Origin: Promethearchaeota archaeon
GTDB lineage: Archaea > Asgardarchaeota > Lokiarchaeia > Sigyniarchaeales > SOKP01
Reading direction: 5' to 3'
NCBI GenBank assembly: GCA_018238625.1
Contig: JABCSY010000054.1
Span: 1-27,364, forward strand
Length of the DNA: 27,364 bases
Made by a program: the position numbers and the translations under genes. The stretch's first letter is position 1. Every line of letters starts with the position of its first letter. The notes below the pieces were generated by a model that did not search any database, was not told the DNA's origin, and worked only from the letters and a program-made list of their open reading frames with translations. Below are positions 1 to 8,731 of this stretch, piece after piece.

Positions 1-163
1 TTATTATGAACCCAATAATGAAAAATATTATAAAAAGGAGAAAAAGGATAAGTTCTGTAAGCATTATTAATAATTTAATACATTTATATTTCTGTTGTTA
101 ACATATATTTAATATATAAAGGAATTAAATGTTATTAAATTAGTTTTATGGTGTGAGTAAAAA

Positions 164-724
164 TTGGAAAAAATTGAAGATCAACTAGTGGATTCGCTAA
201 ATCGTGTAAATTTTATCTTTAAAAACGAGGAAATGATTACTGAATGCATAAAAGCTTACGATGGTTTTTCAATATTAGGAGAAGCGTTCGGACCGTTTGA
301 AAAAAGCAAAAAATACAAATTAAAATATTTTGTAGCGCTTCCTTTTATAGAAAATGATATTATGAAGATTTCATTGGACGAAAAGTGCGATAATTTCGAT
401 GTTCAAAGATACGCTATAAGTGAGCGCGACGATCAGAGATTAATCCAACGAGATAATCCTTATTTTCTAAATAAAATAAAAGAATTTAAAAAATTCATTG
501 AAAAAGATGTATATGATAAAAACAAACCGAAGAAAGGTTTGGACCTATTTAAATCTTTTAATATAAATATTATCGATAGTAGGTTGTCAAAAATGCTAAG
601 GTTAGCGAGATCAGAATTATCTGTAGATGATGAGCATAAGTTAACTAATTCTGAAAAGTTGCTCTATAAAAAGCTAAGCAATCTTATTAAAGTATGGAGA
701 GCTTTCTTTTTAAGTATTGATTAA
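164..724 (+). CDS. GINS complex subunit, Gins23 (Psf2/Psf3-like)
   Basis: N-terminal beta-rich B-domain pattern (FGPFEKSKKYKLKYFVALPFIENDIMKI) precedes a helical A-domain with RLSKMLRLA...LTNSEKLLYKKLSNLIKVWR, the order and motifs of archaeal Gins23. The TTG start is uncertain. Confidence 0.65.
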   Translation: MEKIEDQLVDSLNRVNFIFKNEEMITECIKAYDGFSILGEAFGPFEKSKKYKLKYFVALPFIENDIMKISLDEKCDNFDVQRYAISERDDQRLIQRDNPYFLNKIKEFKKFIEKDVYDKNKPKKGLDLFKSFNINIIDSRLSKMLRLARSELSVDDEHKLTNSEKLLYKKLSNLIKVWRAFFLSID

Positions 725-763
725 ATTATATAATAACAAACTTATATTCGTTTGAGTTTTGCG

Positions 764-1438
764 CTAAAATTTGATTTCTTTTGAACCGTATTTCTTAAAA
801 TAATTTTCAACATGACTTTTTATGCTTTTATTTGGGTTAAGTTTTGGTAATAAATCTAAAGCATCGCTCATTGCAAAATATTGAATATTTTTTTCCTTGA
901 TAGCTTCTTCGACAGTTCTACCATCGTCTCTTAATTCATTTCGGTTTGTTAATCCGATAGCGGCTATTACATTTACTTTAAAATCAAACAAATTATCAAT
1001 TGTTTTAAGTAAAGATCCCCCTGTAGTTGTAGTATCTTCCACGATTATCACTCTTCCTTTAGGAATTCCTAAAAAGTATTTATCTTTAGGGTCTCCGTGT
1101 TCTTTTGGTTTTGCTCTTCCCATAGATAGAATAAACATGCCTGGTGTTAGATTAATATTGCTAATCGCCCATTTATATTGAGTTATTACACCTAGCTTTG
1201 TAGCACCTTCTGGAACGCCATAAAAACAGTCTGGTTTAAGCTTTAGATGCTTAACATATGAAATAAGAAAATCAGTTAATGTATCAAATAGAAACACATC
1301 TTCAGCTATATTTCTCCAATTTACATACCAGTATGATTTTCTTCCAGACTTTAATGTTATTGGCTCGTCAAAAAATCCTATTACATTGTTTTGTATGATA
1401 AAATCGTAAAACTTCTTTTTTTCTGATTCCCAACTCAT
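764..1438 (-). CDS. pyrE: Orotate phosphoribosyltransferase
   Basis: TLKSGRKSYWYVNWR hood motif, R-x-K-x-K-x-HG flexible loop and PRPP-binding motif VIIVEDTTTTGGS. Confidence 0.85.
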   Translation of the reverse strand: MSWESEKKKFYDFIIQNNVIGFFDEPITLKSGRKSYWYVNWRNIAEDVFLFDTLTDFLISYVKHLKLKPDCFYGVPEGATKLGVITQYKWAISNINLTPGMFILSMGRAKPKEHGDPKDKYFLGIPKGRVIIVEDTTTTGGSLLKTIDNLFDFKVNVIAAIGLTNRNELRDDGRTVEEAIKEKNIQYFAMSDALDLLPKLNPNKSIKSHVENYFKKYGSKEIKF

Positions 1439-1449
1439 AAAAAATCAAA

Positions 1450-1968
1450 CTACTCTTTTAAAATTAAATATTCTTTTCGAGCTTTAGCATACTCTTCTCC
1501 ACTGATATTTCCAGCCAAGAATTCTTTTTCTCTTTCTTGCATAATTTTTCTTTTCTCAGCTAATCTCTTCCTTCTTTCTGCCTTTGAAAAACTTTCTAAA
1601 ATTGAGTTACTAAGTTTTCTTATTTCCTTGTTATCCTTTTTTACCAACTTCTCTACGTATGGCTTTATTGGTTTAACCAAATCTATTTTCTTTTTAGCTA
1701 ATTCATCAATTCTAACGAGGGCTTTATTTGTTTCTTTAAAATTATCACCATCAAGAACTTTAATTAGCCCTGGAATAGCAACATCTTCAAGAACCTCGTC
1801 AAGATATTGCTCAATTTCTTTCTTTAATTTTGAATCTTCGTAAGTCTTTAATTGATTATTACGTATGTATTCAATAAAAATAAGAGGTAATTCTATTGGC
1901 CACTCCTTCATTTTTTCTTTGTCTATTAGTTGTACTATCCCACCATCTTTTTTGTTAAATATTTTCAT
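1450..1968 (-). CDS. Hypothetical helical (HEAT/ARM-like) protein
   Basis: Helical pattern AIPGLIKVLDG...IKPYVEKLVKKDNKEIRKLSNSILE followed by a basic coiled tail. The ATG at 1968 overlaps the top6A stop (TAATG) and is preferred over the TTG at 1977. Confidence 0.6.
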   Translation of the reverse strand: MKIFNKKDGGIVQLIDKEKMKEWPIELPLIFIEYIRNNQLKTYEDSKLKKEIEQYLDEVLEDVAIPGLIKVLDGDNFKETNKALVRIDELAKKKIDLVKPIKPYVEKLVKKDNKEIRKLSNSILESFSKAERRKRLAEKRKIMQEREKEFLAGNISGEEYAKARKEYLILKE

Positions 1969-3161
1969 TATATCCAATCTCCAGTTGATAATTTTTCAGG
2001 TATGTATTGATCGGTCAAGAATTCAAATCCAAACGCTGAAAGAGCTTGAATTTCTGCTTTTACCTTCAATTTCAGAGCTAATTTGAGATCTGTTTCCCAC
2101 TCTTTATTTTTTTTAACAAAACCTTCATTTAACAACTCCTTAGTCCTTTTAATATCTGTTTGATTCATTGGAATTCTACAATCATTTGGAATTTTATATT
2201 TTTCCAGATCTCTGGTGAGTACACCTAGGAGTTTTATGTCAGGAGTGGCTAAAAATGGCGACTCGTAACTTAATCGTTTAGACCCTCGTAAATAAACCGA
2301 ATGAATATAATGCCCATACGGATCACTATCAACTAACGAAAAGACGGGTAATTTGAGTTCCTTACTAATTCTCTTTAAGAACATTCGGGTAGCGATGTCA
2401 GCAGCACCCTTCGCTGTCAAAATTATGCACGGGTATTTTCTCCAAAATCTAGCCTCTGCTAATCTTATCATCGCGGCATCTTTTTCTAAAACCAAAATAA
2501 ATTCCGCATCGGATTCAATTATTTCAATATTATCAAGCATGGGACTGATCGTCCAACCTCCGCTCCCTAATCCTTCTAAATCTATAATATCATTTTTATC
2601 CCTAATTCGAAGGCGTCCTATACATGAACCTTTGGCTGAAGCAACAATGTGTGTCGAATTCCTCGTTGTATAGAGCATTGTAGCCACATCTTCAATACAT
2701 TTATCACTATTTTTTTGATCCCCAAACAATTGAACTGCTGAATAAAAAATTTCTCTTTTTGTAGCGTGAAGGTCTTTAAGTAGTAATTCGTTAATTTTTT
2801 CAAGCACTTTCATTAATCTAGTAATATCAGCAACGCTAGCGAGCGAATGAAATTGTTTTTCCATTATTTGTTGTCCTAACAGCAATAAATCATTTTCTTC
2901 GTCCCAAATAATATTTGCACTCGTTCTTGAAGGTAAGCGAATGGCGGGTCTTCCTGTTTCATAAATCATTTCAATAAGGGAATCTGTTAAATTATTTATC
3001 CGATCTAAGGTTAATTCTCTGTCCAATTCATCAATTTTAACTGTATGTTCAGGTAACTTGATTTGTTTTTTTTCCTCTTCAATACCTTTTTTTAAGGATT
3101 CTTGAAATAGTTTTTTTGTTGCCCTTATATCCCATTTTTCCTGTTTTATCTTACTTGACAC
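1968..3161 (-). CDS. top6A: DNA topoisomerase VI subunit A (Spo11 homologue)
   Basis: Catalytic Tyr motif TKREIFY, TOPRIM Glu in LEKDA, DxD motif DSDPYG and C-terminal KAEIQAL. Adjacent to top6B. Confidence 0.95.
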   Translation of the reverse strand: MSSKIKQEKWDIRATKKLFQESLKKGIEEEKKQIKLPEHTVKIDELDRELTLDRINNLTDSLIEMIYETGRPAIRLPSRTSANIIWDEENDLLLLGQQIMEKQFHSLASVADITRLMKVLEKINELLLKDLHATKREIFYSAVQLFGDQKNSDKCIEDVATMLYTTRNSTHIVASAKGSCIGRLRIRDKNDIIDLEGLGSGGWTISPMLDNIEIIESDAEFILVLEKDAAMIRLAEARFWRKYPCIILTAKGAADIATRMFLKRISKELKLPVFSLVDSDPYGHYIHSVYLRGSKRLSYESPFLATPDIKLLGVLTRDLEKYKIPNDCRIPMNQTDIKRTKELLNEGFVKKNKEWETDLKLALKLKVKAEIQALSAFGFEFLTDQYIPEKLSTGDWI

Positions 3162-3171
3162 TTAAATCACT

Positions 3172-6100
3172 TCATTTTAACTTCCAATTTTTTTTATTTT
3201 TTATAGTAGAGACAACAATACTATTTTTGCGCTCTAACTCTTTTAATTTTATTTGTAAGAAGCGAGCATCCATCATTTCTTTTATTTTCATTTTAAAAAT
3301 TAAAGAAGTAATCGGTTGCCATTCATCAGATAAAGCGTCCAGTATTTTCTCTGTTGTAATTATCGGCAATTCGATTTGAGTAGGTTCAGGTTTAGGCTCT
3401 GGAGCACGAACTATAGGTTTCTTTATAGCGATAGGTTGAGTCGGCTTTTCACTCCCGACTAACCGCAATTGTTTTCTTTTTTCTGTTACAACGCTTGTAA
3501 CGACAGGTTTTAGTTTAATGGGCTCTTCTCTTTCCTTTACTGAAGGCGATATTACTTCTGGCTTTCCTTTTGTATAAAATTCTTGAATTATTTTAATAAT
3601 TTCTGATTTTCGCACCGTTGAAGATTTGGCTATTAAGATATCATTTTCTATGCAATATTCTTTGAGTTCATTAACGGTCCAGTTCCTAAGGGTTCTTTCA
3701 GAAAGAAATTCTTTTCTTGGTTCTGCCTTCTTGGGGATATGTTCTTTCTTATCAATTGTTTTCTCCCATTCAACGACTATTTTCTTCTGTTTTTCTTTTT
3801 CAATTTCTATCTTTTTAATTATTGGCTCAATCTCTTTAGAAATGCTAGGTATTTTTTTAACTCCAATAGCATCTTTCATTAAGGTTTCTAATTCCGTTCC
3901 TGAAATTTTATCTTTGTATTTTCCATCGCCCTGCTTTACGATGTTAGTAAGGCTTTGGACGAATAATGGAATGTATCTTTCAATTAAACCAGCTCTTTTT
4001 TCGATTTTTCGAATATTCGCTTTTCTGTTAAGATATATTCTCAACCGTCTTCCAATGGCTTCGAGACAATATTTAATTTCTTTTAGAAGTTCGTCGTCGT
4101 CAGCCAGAGCATTTTTACTCTGGCTCTTAAACATCAAATGAACATATGGACCAGAGATATTTATTAATAACTTTATTGGGCCTTTAGGCAAATTATTATC
4201 ATATGTTTCTAATTTATAATTCTTCCAATTAACTGATTGAACTGCTTTCGTAATCGCACAATCCGCAGAATCCCTTAATTTTGGCGTTCTATTAATAAAT
4301 CTTGATAGCACATCCCTAGAACGCTTAGGCGTATCAAGTTTTTTAGGATCATTGCAATAGGCCAAAACAGCTTCAACAGCATAAGCTAAACCCTTTCCGC
4401 TTGTTGGAGCTCTTGTTTCAGCAGAAATAAAATCATCGTCCTTGGTGTAACTTTCAATAAAATATTCGAATATTTCTTGATATGAATCTTTTTGCACTTC
4501 TTCGGACGATATAAAATTTTTTTGGATTGTTTGTCTAAATTTTTCCGGTTCGACTGAGCGATCTTTAATATCAACACTGGCTAACATCTTTGAGTTAAAA
4601 ATCTTAAGCTCTTCGGAATTTATAACGATATTTTCTAAAGAATCGTCCTTTCCGGAAGAATGGTTTTTAGCGCGCTCTTTTATTATTTCATCCCGCAATA
4701 CTTCAATTGATTCTTTTATGTCATCTGTGGGATCTTCAAAATCATCAATATTAGCAGATATTCTTAGCCCAATTTCTTTTATTAAAGTATTTTCTAATAC
4801 AACATCACCTACAGGAATTGCTGTATCTGTTGGAGGGGCCATGTATTTGACTGATTTGAACGCGTGAAATAGAGAATTGAATTGCACATTAGTTAACTCA
4901 GAGGGTTTAGCTTTTGAAATTTGAACTTCTTTTACTAAATCTTCAAATTCGCTCCTATTTTTTAATTTTTTAACTTCTACTAACCCTATAGAAGTATTGA
5001 AAATGGTATTTAAACCACTTTTTATTTTTTCTTTATTTTGTGAATTGCTCTCTATTTGTTTTAATAAGCTATTAATCTCTTTTTCGATTTTTTTTATATC
5101 TTTTTTCGTTTCAGATTTATCAATACGACGTCTATGTTTTGTTATTTCTCTATATATCTTTTCTAAATCTTTATTATATTGGTTATATGTTTTCATAAGT
5201 TCCCAATATTTAGCCTTCAACTCTTCAGAATCAACTTGATAAATGATTAATTTATCTCTTGGTTTCGTAGAGCGCCCAAATATTCTTTTTTCAAATTTAA
5301 GGAAATTAATAGTATCAGTATTTTTCTCTAATTTGTTTACAAATCCACTACTAAGAATTAATAAAGATAAATTATCCTGTAAATTCTTTTCTGCGATCTT
5401 CAGAATTTGTTTAGCTAATTTGGAACTAATTCTTACAAAATTATCTTGTAAAAAAGCTGAAATCGTGAGATTTTCTGATTTTATTAAAAGATCTTGTAAA
5501 TCACCAATGTTAGTAGATAAGGGGTGTGGTTTTGCATATTTTGGTTGTCTAGGAAAATTCGAAACTACCCTTCTATAAATCCATTCTTCACCATAAGGAT
5601 CAATAAAAATAATAGTTACATGCGGATTCATGAGCGAAGTTTCTTTTATATAGGTATCCACATAACCTCTAACATATTTTACGTTTAAGTAATTCAACTT
5701 AATATATGTCCCGTGTAGGAATGGGCTGTCAACTTCCGTTGGGCGCACTAAATATCGTTTTTCATTTTTTGAAGTAGTAAAAAATTCTGACACAGTACCA
5801 TAAATAGTGTCTTTAGACTTTGAAACTGCAACAATTGGTTTGCCAGTCGTGTTTTGGGCGTCACTAAACGCACTTGGAGAGCCAAATCCTTGACTTCCGC
5901 GAGTTTGCTTTAATTCTAGACTTTTTGAAGAAGCTAGATATTTTCCAAACTTACCTAGATCTCTTTTGGACATTCCAATACCATTATCAAACATTTCAAA
6001 AGTGTAACTCATAACATTTTTTTGCGATAACTCAGAAGTTAAAAAGGCGGCGGCTTCAGATTCGCGGAGTCGGATTATTACAATTGGTTCGATATCGATG

Positions 6101-6588
6101 ATTGGTTCTACAGGTTTGATAATTTCATTCATGTCTTCAATAATCCTTTTTACTTCTTCCTCAACCTCTATTTCCTCTTTATCGATAATTTCTCCCGATT
6201 CTTCTTCTTTATCTCTGTCAACATCTGACAAAACTTCAGCCTCAGAAGATATTGTAGGAATTATACCAACTTCTTGCATTAATGCATATTTAGACGCGTT
6301 ATTTAATGGTCGTTCCACCTCATCTTTTTTTGCTTCTTGAAGGATGGATAAATTTTCTAAAGATAATTCTTGATCGAGAGAGAATTGGATTTTTGAATCC
6401 TTATCTTTTATTTCATTCCATTGGAACTCTTCAATAGCATCTAAACTGTTGTCTAAAAATTCTGAAACGTATTGCATGTGTTTATAATAACCCATTGAGA
6501 AGCCTACAAGTTGTCCTCTCTTCCTCATAAACCCTGCAATTGTGCCTTGCTTTATCCTACCTTCATCCTCAGAGGAAATTTGAATCAC
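3172..6588 (-). CDS. top6B: DNA topoisomerase VI subunit B, enlarged (1138 aa)
   Basis: GHKL motifs EFLDNSLDA, FDNGIG, QTRGSQGFG and HGT; KPHP linker; transducer motifs RFINRTP and FKSQSK. Carries several insertions and a long C-terminal extension. Confidence 0.92.
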   Translation of the reverse strand: MIQISSEDEGRIKQGTIAGFMRKRGQLVGFSMGYYKHMQYVSEFLDNSLDAIEEFQWNEIKDKDSKIQFSLDQELSLENLSILQEAKKDEVERPLNNASKYALMQEVGIIPTISSEAEVLSDVDRDKEEESGEIIDKEEIEVEEEVKRIIEDMNEIIKPVEPIIDIEPIVIIRLRESEAAAFLTSELSQKNVMSYTFEMFDNGIGMSKRDLGKFGKYLASSKSLELKQTRGSQGFGSPSAFSDAQNTTGKPIVAVSKSKDTIYGTVSEFFTTSKNEKRYLVRPTEVDSPFLHGTYIKLNYLNVKYVRGYVDTYIKETSLMNPHVTIIFIDPYGEEWIYRRVVSNFPRQPKYAKPHPLSTNIGDLQDLLIKSENLTISAFLQDNFVRISSKLAKQILKIAEKNLQDNLSLLILSSGFVNKLEKNTDTINFLKFEKRIFGRSTKPRDKLIIYQVDSEELKAKYWELMKTYNQYNKDLEKIYREITKHRRRIDKSETKKDIKKIEKEINSLLKQIESNSQNKEKIKSGLNTIFNTSIGLVEVKKLKNRSEFEDLVKEVQISKAKPSELTNVQFNSLFHAFKSVKYMAPPTDTAIPVGDVVLENTLIKEIGLRISANIDDFEDPTDDIKESIEVLRDEIIKERAKNHSSGKDDSLENIVINSEELKIFNSKMLASVDIKDRSVEPEKFRQTIQKNFISSEEVQKDSYQEIFEYFIESYTKDDDFISAETRAPTSGKGLAYAVEAVLAYCNDPKKLDTPKRSRDVLSRFINRTPKLRDSADCAITKAVQSVNWKNYKLETYDNNLPKGPIKLLINISGPYVHLMFKSQSKNALADDDELLKEIKYCLEAIGRRLRIYLNRKANIRKIEKRAGLIERYIPLFVQSLTNIVKQGDGKYKDKISGTELETLMKDAIGVKKIPSISKEIEPIIKKIEIEKEKQKKIVVEWEKTIDKKEHIPKKAEPRKEFLSERTLRNWTVNELKEYCIENDILIAKSSTVRKSEIIKIIQEFYTKGKPEVISPSVKEREEPIKLKPVVTSVVTEKRKQLRLVGSEKPTQPIAIKKPIVRAPEPKPEPTQIELPIITTEKILDALSDEWQPITSLIFKMKIKEMMDARFLQIKLKELERKNSIVVSTIKNKKNWKLK

Positions 6589-6789
6589 ATCTTTTCTTAT
6601 TTCTATTTTAAATATCTACCTATTTATATGTAGAATTATAAATACATTAACTAATATTAAACGAATATCCTAATTCTTTACTATTCAATCAATTTTTCTC
6701 AATGTATTCGGTCATTCATTTTGAACAGAAATTGAATTAGTATTTAAATCTTTTCTTTAGGTGAAAAAATTTAAAAGGAAGGAGTAAGT

Positions 6790-8073
6790 TTATTTTGAAA
6801 TTTCTCTGATGCGGTAATTTTCTAAGGCTACATCAATTATTTTAGAAGCTACATATCTTTTAGTATGCTTATCGATATGAGTTATGTGTTTTACTTTATT
6901 TATTATGTATACCTCATTATCTTTACTGTTGAACCCTATATCCTCTCGACCCACATCATTGGCAACTATTAAATCTGACTCAGATTTTAAAAGTCTATCG
7001 TAAGCGCGATCAATTAGCTCGCTTCGAGAAACATTTGTCTCCGCTTTAAATGCGATAATAAAAAGATTGTAATCTTTCCTTCTTGCTATATCTAATATCT
7101 TAGGCGTTAATTTCATATTTACGTTTAATTCCTTTACATTATCTGACGAGATTTTTCCTTCAATGAGTTCCACTGGCTTATAATCGCTAATTGCGGCTGC
7201 AGAAATAAAGAAGTCGTAATTATTGTATGAAATTTCGTCCTTTATAACTTTAATAAAATCGTCTGCCGATTCCACATGATTGGTTTTAATGTACTCTGGA
7301 ATCTTCACCATACATTCACCAGCAACCAATAATACATCCGCACCTCTTGCAGAGGCTTCTTTTGCTATTTCGATACCCATTCTACCAGAGGATTTATTTG
7401 ATAAATACCGAACATTGTCTATTGCCTCGCGGCTGGGTCCAGCGGTGATTAGTATTCTCTTTCCTTCAAGATCCTTTTTCGTAATCAATAAATCAATAAC
7501 TCTATCGATTATATCATCCACTTTTGCAATCTTAGCCTTTCCTTCGCTAATTCTCGGACCTAATACGTCAATACCATACTTTTTCAAAACTGAGATATTT
7601 GTCTCGATTATGGGATGATACATACTTTCATGCATAGCAGGAACTACGACTATAGGGATAGAGGAACCAAAAGCGGTTGAGACCATTGTTGTTACCGGGG
7701 TGTCGTCTATCCCGTTAGCGACTTTAGAAATTGAATTTGCTGTTGCGGGACAAACCAAAATTAGATCTGCTTTTCCGGCGGCATTAGGTCTATCACCCGC
7801 TAGAAAAACATGTTCGACTGATCCAGTTAAATGAGTAATTACAGGGTTTCCTGTAGCCCAATGCATTAAAGTTGGCTTTATTAACTCTGTAGCTGCTTTT
7901 GACATTACGGAAATTACATCCGCTCCTAAACGCATTAATTCTCTAGCAATAATTGGAGCGTTAATAACCGCAACCGAGCCAGTTAAACACATGCATATAG
8001 TTTTTCCTCTTAAGATCGTTCCCTTGCTTTCTATAATGTCCTTGGATGGGTGCTGTAATCTGTCTTTTACCAT
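6790..8073 (-). CDS. coaBC: Bifunctional phosphopantothenoylcysteine decarboxylase/synthetase
   Basis: Flavoprotein motifs TGSVA, PATANSISK and PAMHESM; CoaB motifs ITAGPSREAIDNVRYLSNKSSGRMG, AAISDY, FKAET and ANDV. The ATG at 8073 is preferred over the TTG at 8085. Confidence 0.95.
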   Translation of the reverse strand: MVKDRLQHPSKDIIESKGTILRGKTICMCLTGSVAVINAPIIARELMRLGADVISVMSKAATELIKPTLMHWATGNPVITHLTGSVEHVFLAGDRPNAAGKADLILVCPATANSISKVANGIDDTPVTTMVSTAFGSSIPIVVVPAMHESMYHPIIETNISVLKKYGIDVLGPRISEGKAKIAKVDDIIDRVIDLLITKKDLEGKRILITAGPSREAIDNVRYLSNKSSGRMGIEIAKEASARGADVLLVAGECMVKIPEYIKTNHVESADDFIKVIKDEISYNNYDFFISAAAISDYKPVELIEGKISSDNVKELNVNMKLTPKILDIARRKDYNLFIIAFKAETNVSRSELIDRAYDRLLKSESDLIVANDVGREDIGFNSKDNEVYIINKVKHITHIDKHTKRYVASKIIDVALENYRIREISK

Positions 8074-8230
8074 TTCTTTCAACAAAATAGAGTTTTATTT
8101 AGTATACTTAATAAAGTTATATTTTCAATTTAAAAATATTGCAATCCTTTAACTCTTTTTGGATATTGGAAGATAAATTTTTGATTTATGTCGTTAAATT
8201 GGAAAGCTTTAACTAACGGCGGTAATAATA

Positions 8231-8277
8231 TTTTAAAAAAGAATAGAAATTATGTGATGTTCTTATAAAAAACATCA
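8231..8277 (-). terminator. Hairpin plus pyrimidine/U-rich tract after mini-ORF 1
   Basis: Inverted repeat TGATGTT (8255-8261)/AACATCA (8271-8277), then minus-strand TTTCTATTCTTTTTT. Confidence 0.5.
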
Positions 8278-8279
8278 TT

Positions 8280-8309
8280 TTATGGGAGGTGACCGTCCTG
8301 ACCAGGCAT
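8280..8309 (-). CDS. Putative 9-aa micropeptide MPGQDGHLP
   Basis: ATG CCT GGT CAG GAC GGT CAC CTC CCA TAA, preceded by AGTGAGAAAAA and followed by a hairpin and U-rich tract. Confidence 0.65.
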   Translation of the reverse strand: MPGQDGHLP

Positions 8310-8450
8310 TTTTTCTCACTTTGTTTGTTATGTGAATTGTTTTTAACTAATTTTTTTTTTAATTTGAAACCGAATTGAAACGACATAGATTACATTTTGT
8401 TAAATTGTAAGATCTATCTAATTATAATAAAATATTTTTTTAACTACTTA

Positions 8451-8496
8451 TTTTAAAAAAGAAAGGAAAATATATGATGTTTTTGTATAAAACATC
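8451..8496 (-). terminator. Hairpin plus U-rich tract after mini-ORF 2
   Basis: Inverted repeat GATGTTTT (8476-8483)/AAAACATC (8489-8496), then minus-strand TTTTCCTTTCTTTTTT. Confidence 0.55.
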
Positions 8497-8499
8497 CAT

Positions 8500-8529
8500 T
8501 TATGGTATGATATATGGTTGACCAGGCAT
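8500..8529 (-). CDS. Putative 9-aa micropeptide MPGQPYIIP
   Basis: ATG CCT GGT CAA CCA TAT ATC ATA CCA TAA, preceded by AGTGTGAAAAAA and followed by a hairpin and U-rich tract. Confidence 0.65.
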   Translation of the reverse strand: MPGQPYIIP

Positions 8530-8652
8530 TTTTTTCACACTATTTGTTTAATGAAATGAATTTAATATCTCCTTCTTTTAAATTTGAAACCAAATATACT
8601 TAGTTTTTTCAAAACCAATTTATTAATTAACAATATTTATTTAAACTACTTA

Positions 8653-8698
8653 TTTTAAAAAAGAAAGGAAAATACATGATGTTCTTACAATAAACATC
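8653..8698 (-). terminator. Hairpin plus U-rich tract after mini-ORF 3
   Basis: Inverted repeat GATGTT (8678-8683)/AACATC (8693-8698), then minus-strand TTTTCCTTTCTTTTTT. Confidence 0.5.
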
Positions 8699-8701
8699 TA
8701 A

Positions 8702-8731
8702 TTATGGCCCTATACCGTCATGACCAGGCAT
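8702..8731 (-). CDS. Putative 9-aa micropeptide MPGHDGIGP
   Basis: ATG CCT GGT CAT GAC GGT ATA GGG CCA TAA, preceded by AGTGAGAAAAA and followed by a hairpin and U-rich tract. Confidence 0.65.
   Translation of the reverse strand: MPGHDGIGP

Noticed and set aside
1137-1181. Another ATGCCTGGT match
   Set aside because: It is antisense within pyrE and lacks the CA codon, Pro-stop at codon 9, SD and hairpin. Chance match.
4500-6430. Inteins as the cause of the Top6B insertions
   Set aside because: No C/S-start with HN-C/S/T end motifs and no LAGLIDADG motifs are visible. The insertions are low-complexity or coiled-coil.
8284-8292. Perfect Shine-Dalgarno GGAGGTGA on the plus strand inside copy 1
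   Set aside because: No start codon follows at a suitable distance and the motif is absent from the other copies. It is explained as the reverse complement of the His-Leu-Pro codons.
8254-8309. Reading the repeat units as plus-strand box C/D (or TIGR-like) guide RNAs: TGATGT ... TTATGG-12 nt-CTGA
   Set aside because: Only copy 1 has a true D box (CTGA); the others have TTGA or ATGA. No D' box is present and the C-like box lies within a hairpin. G-U pairing, the SD, the ATG/stop and the U-tract all point to the minus strand. This reading is disfavoured but not excluded; a complementarity search of the 12-nt cores against rRNA/tRNA would settle it.
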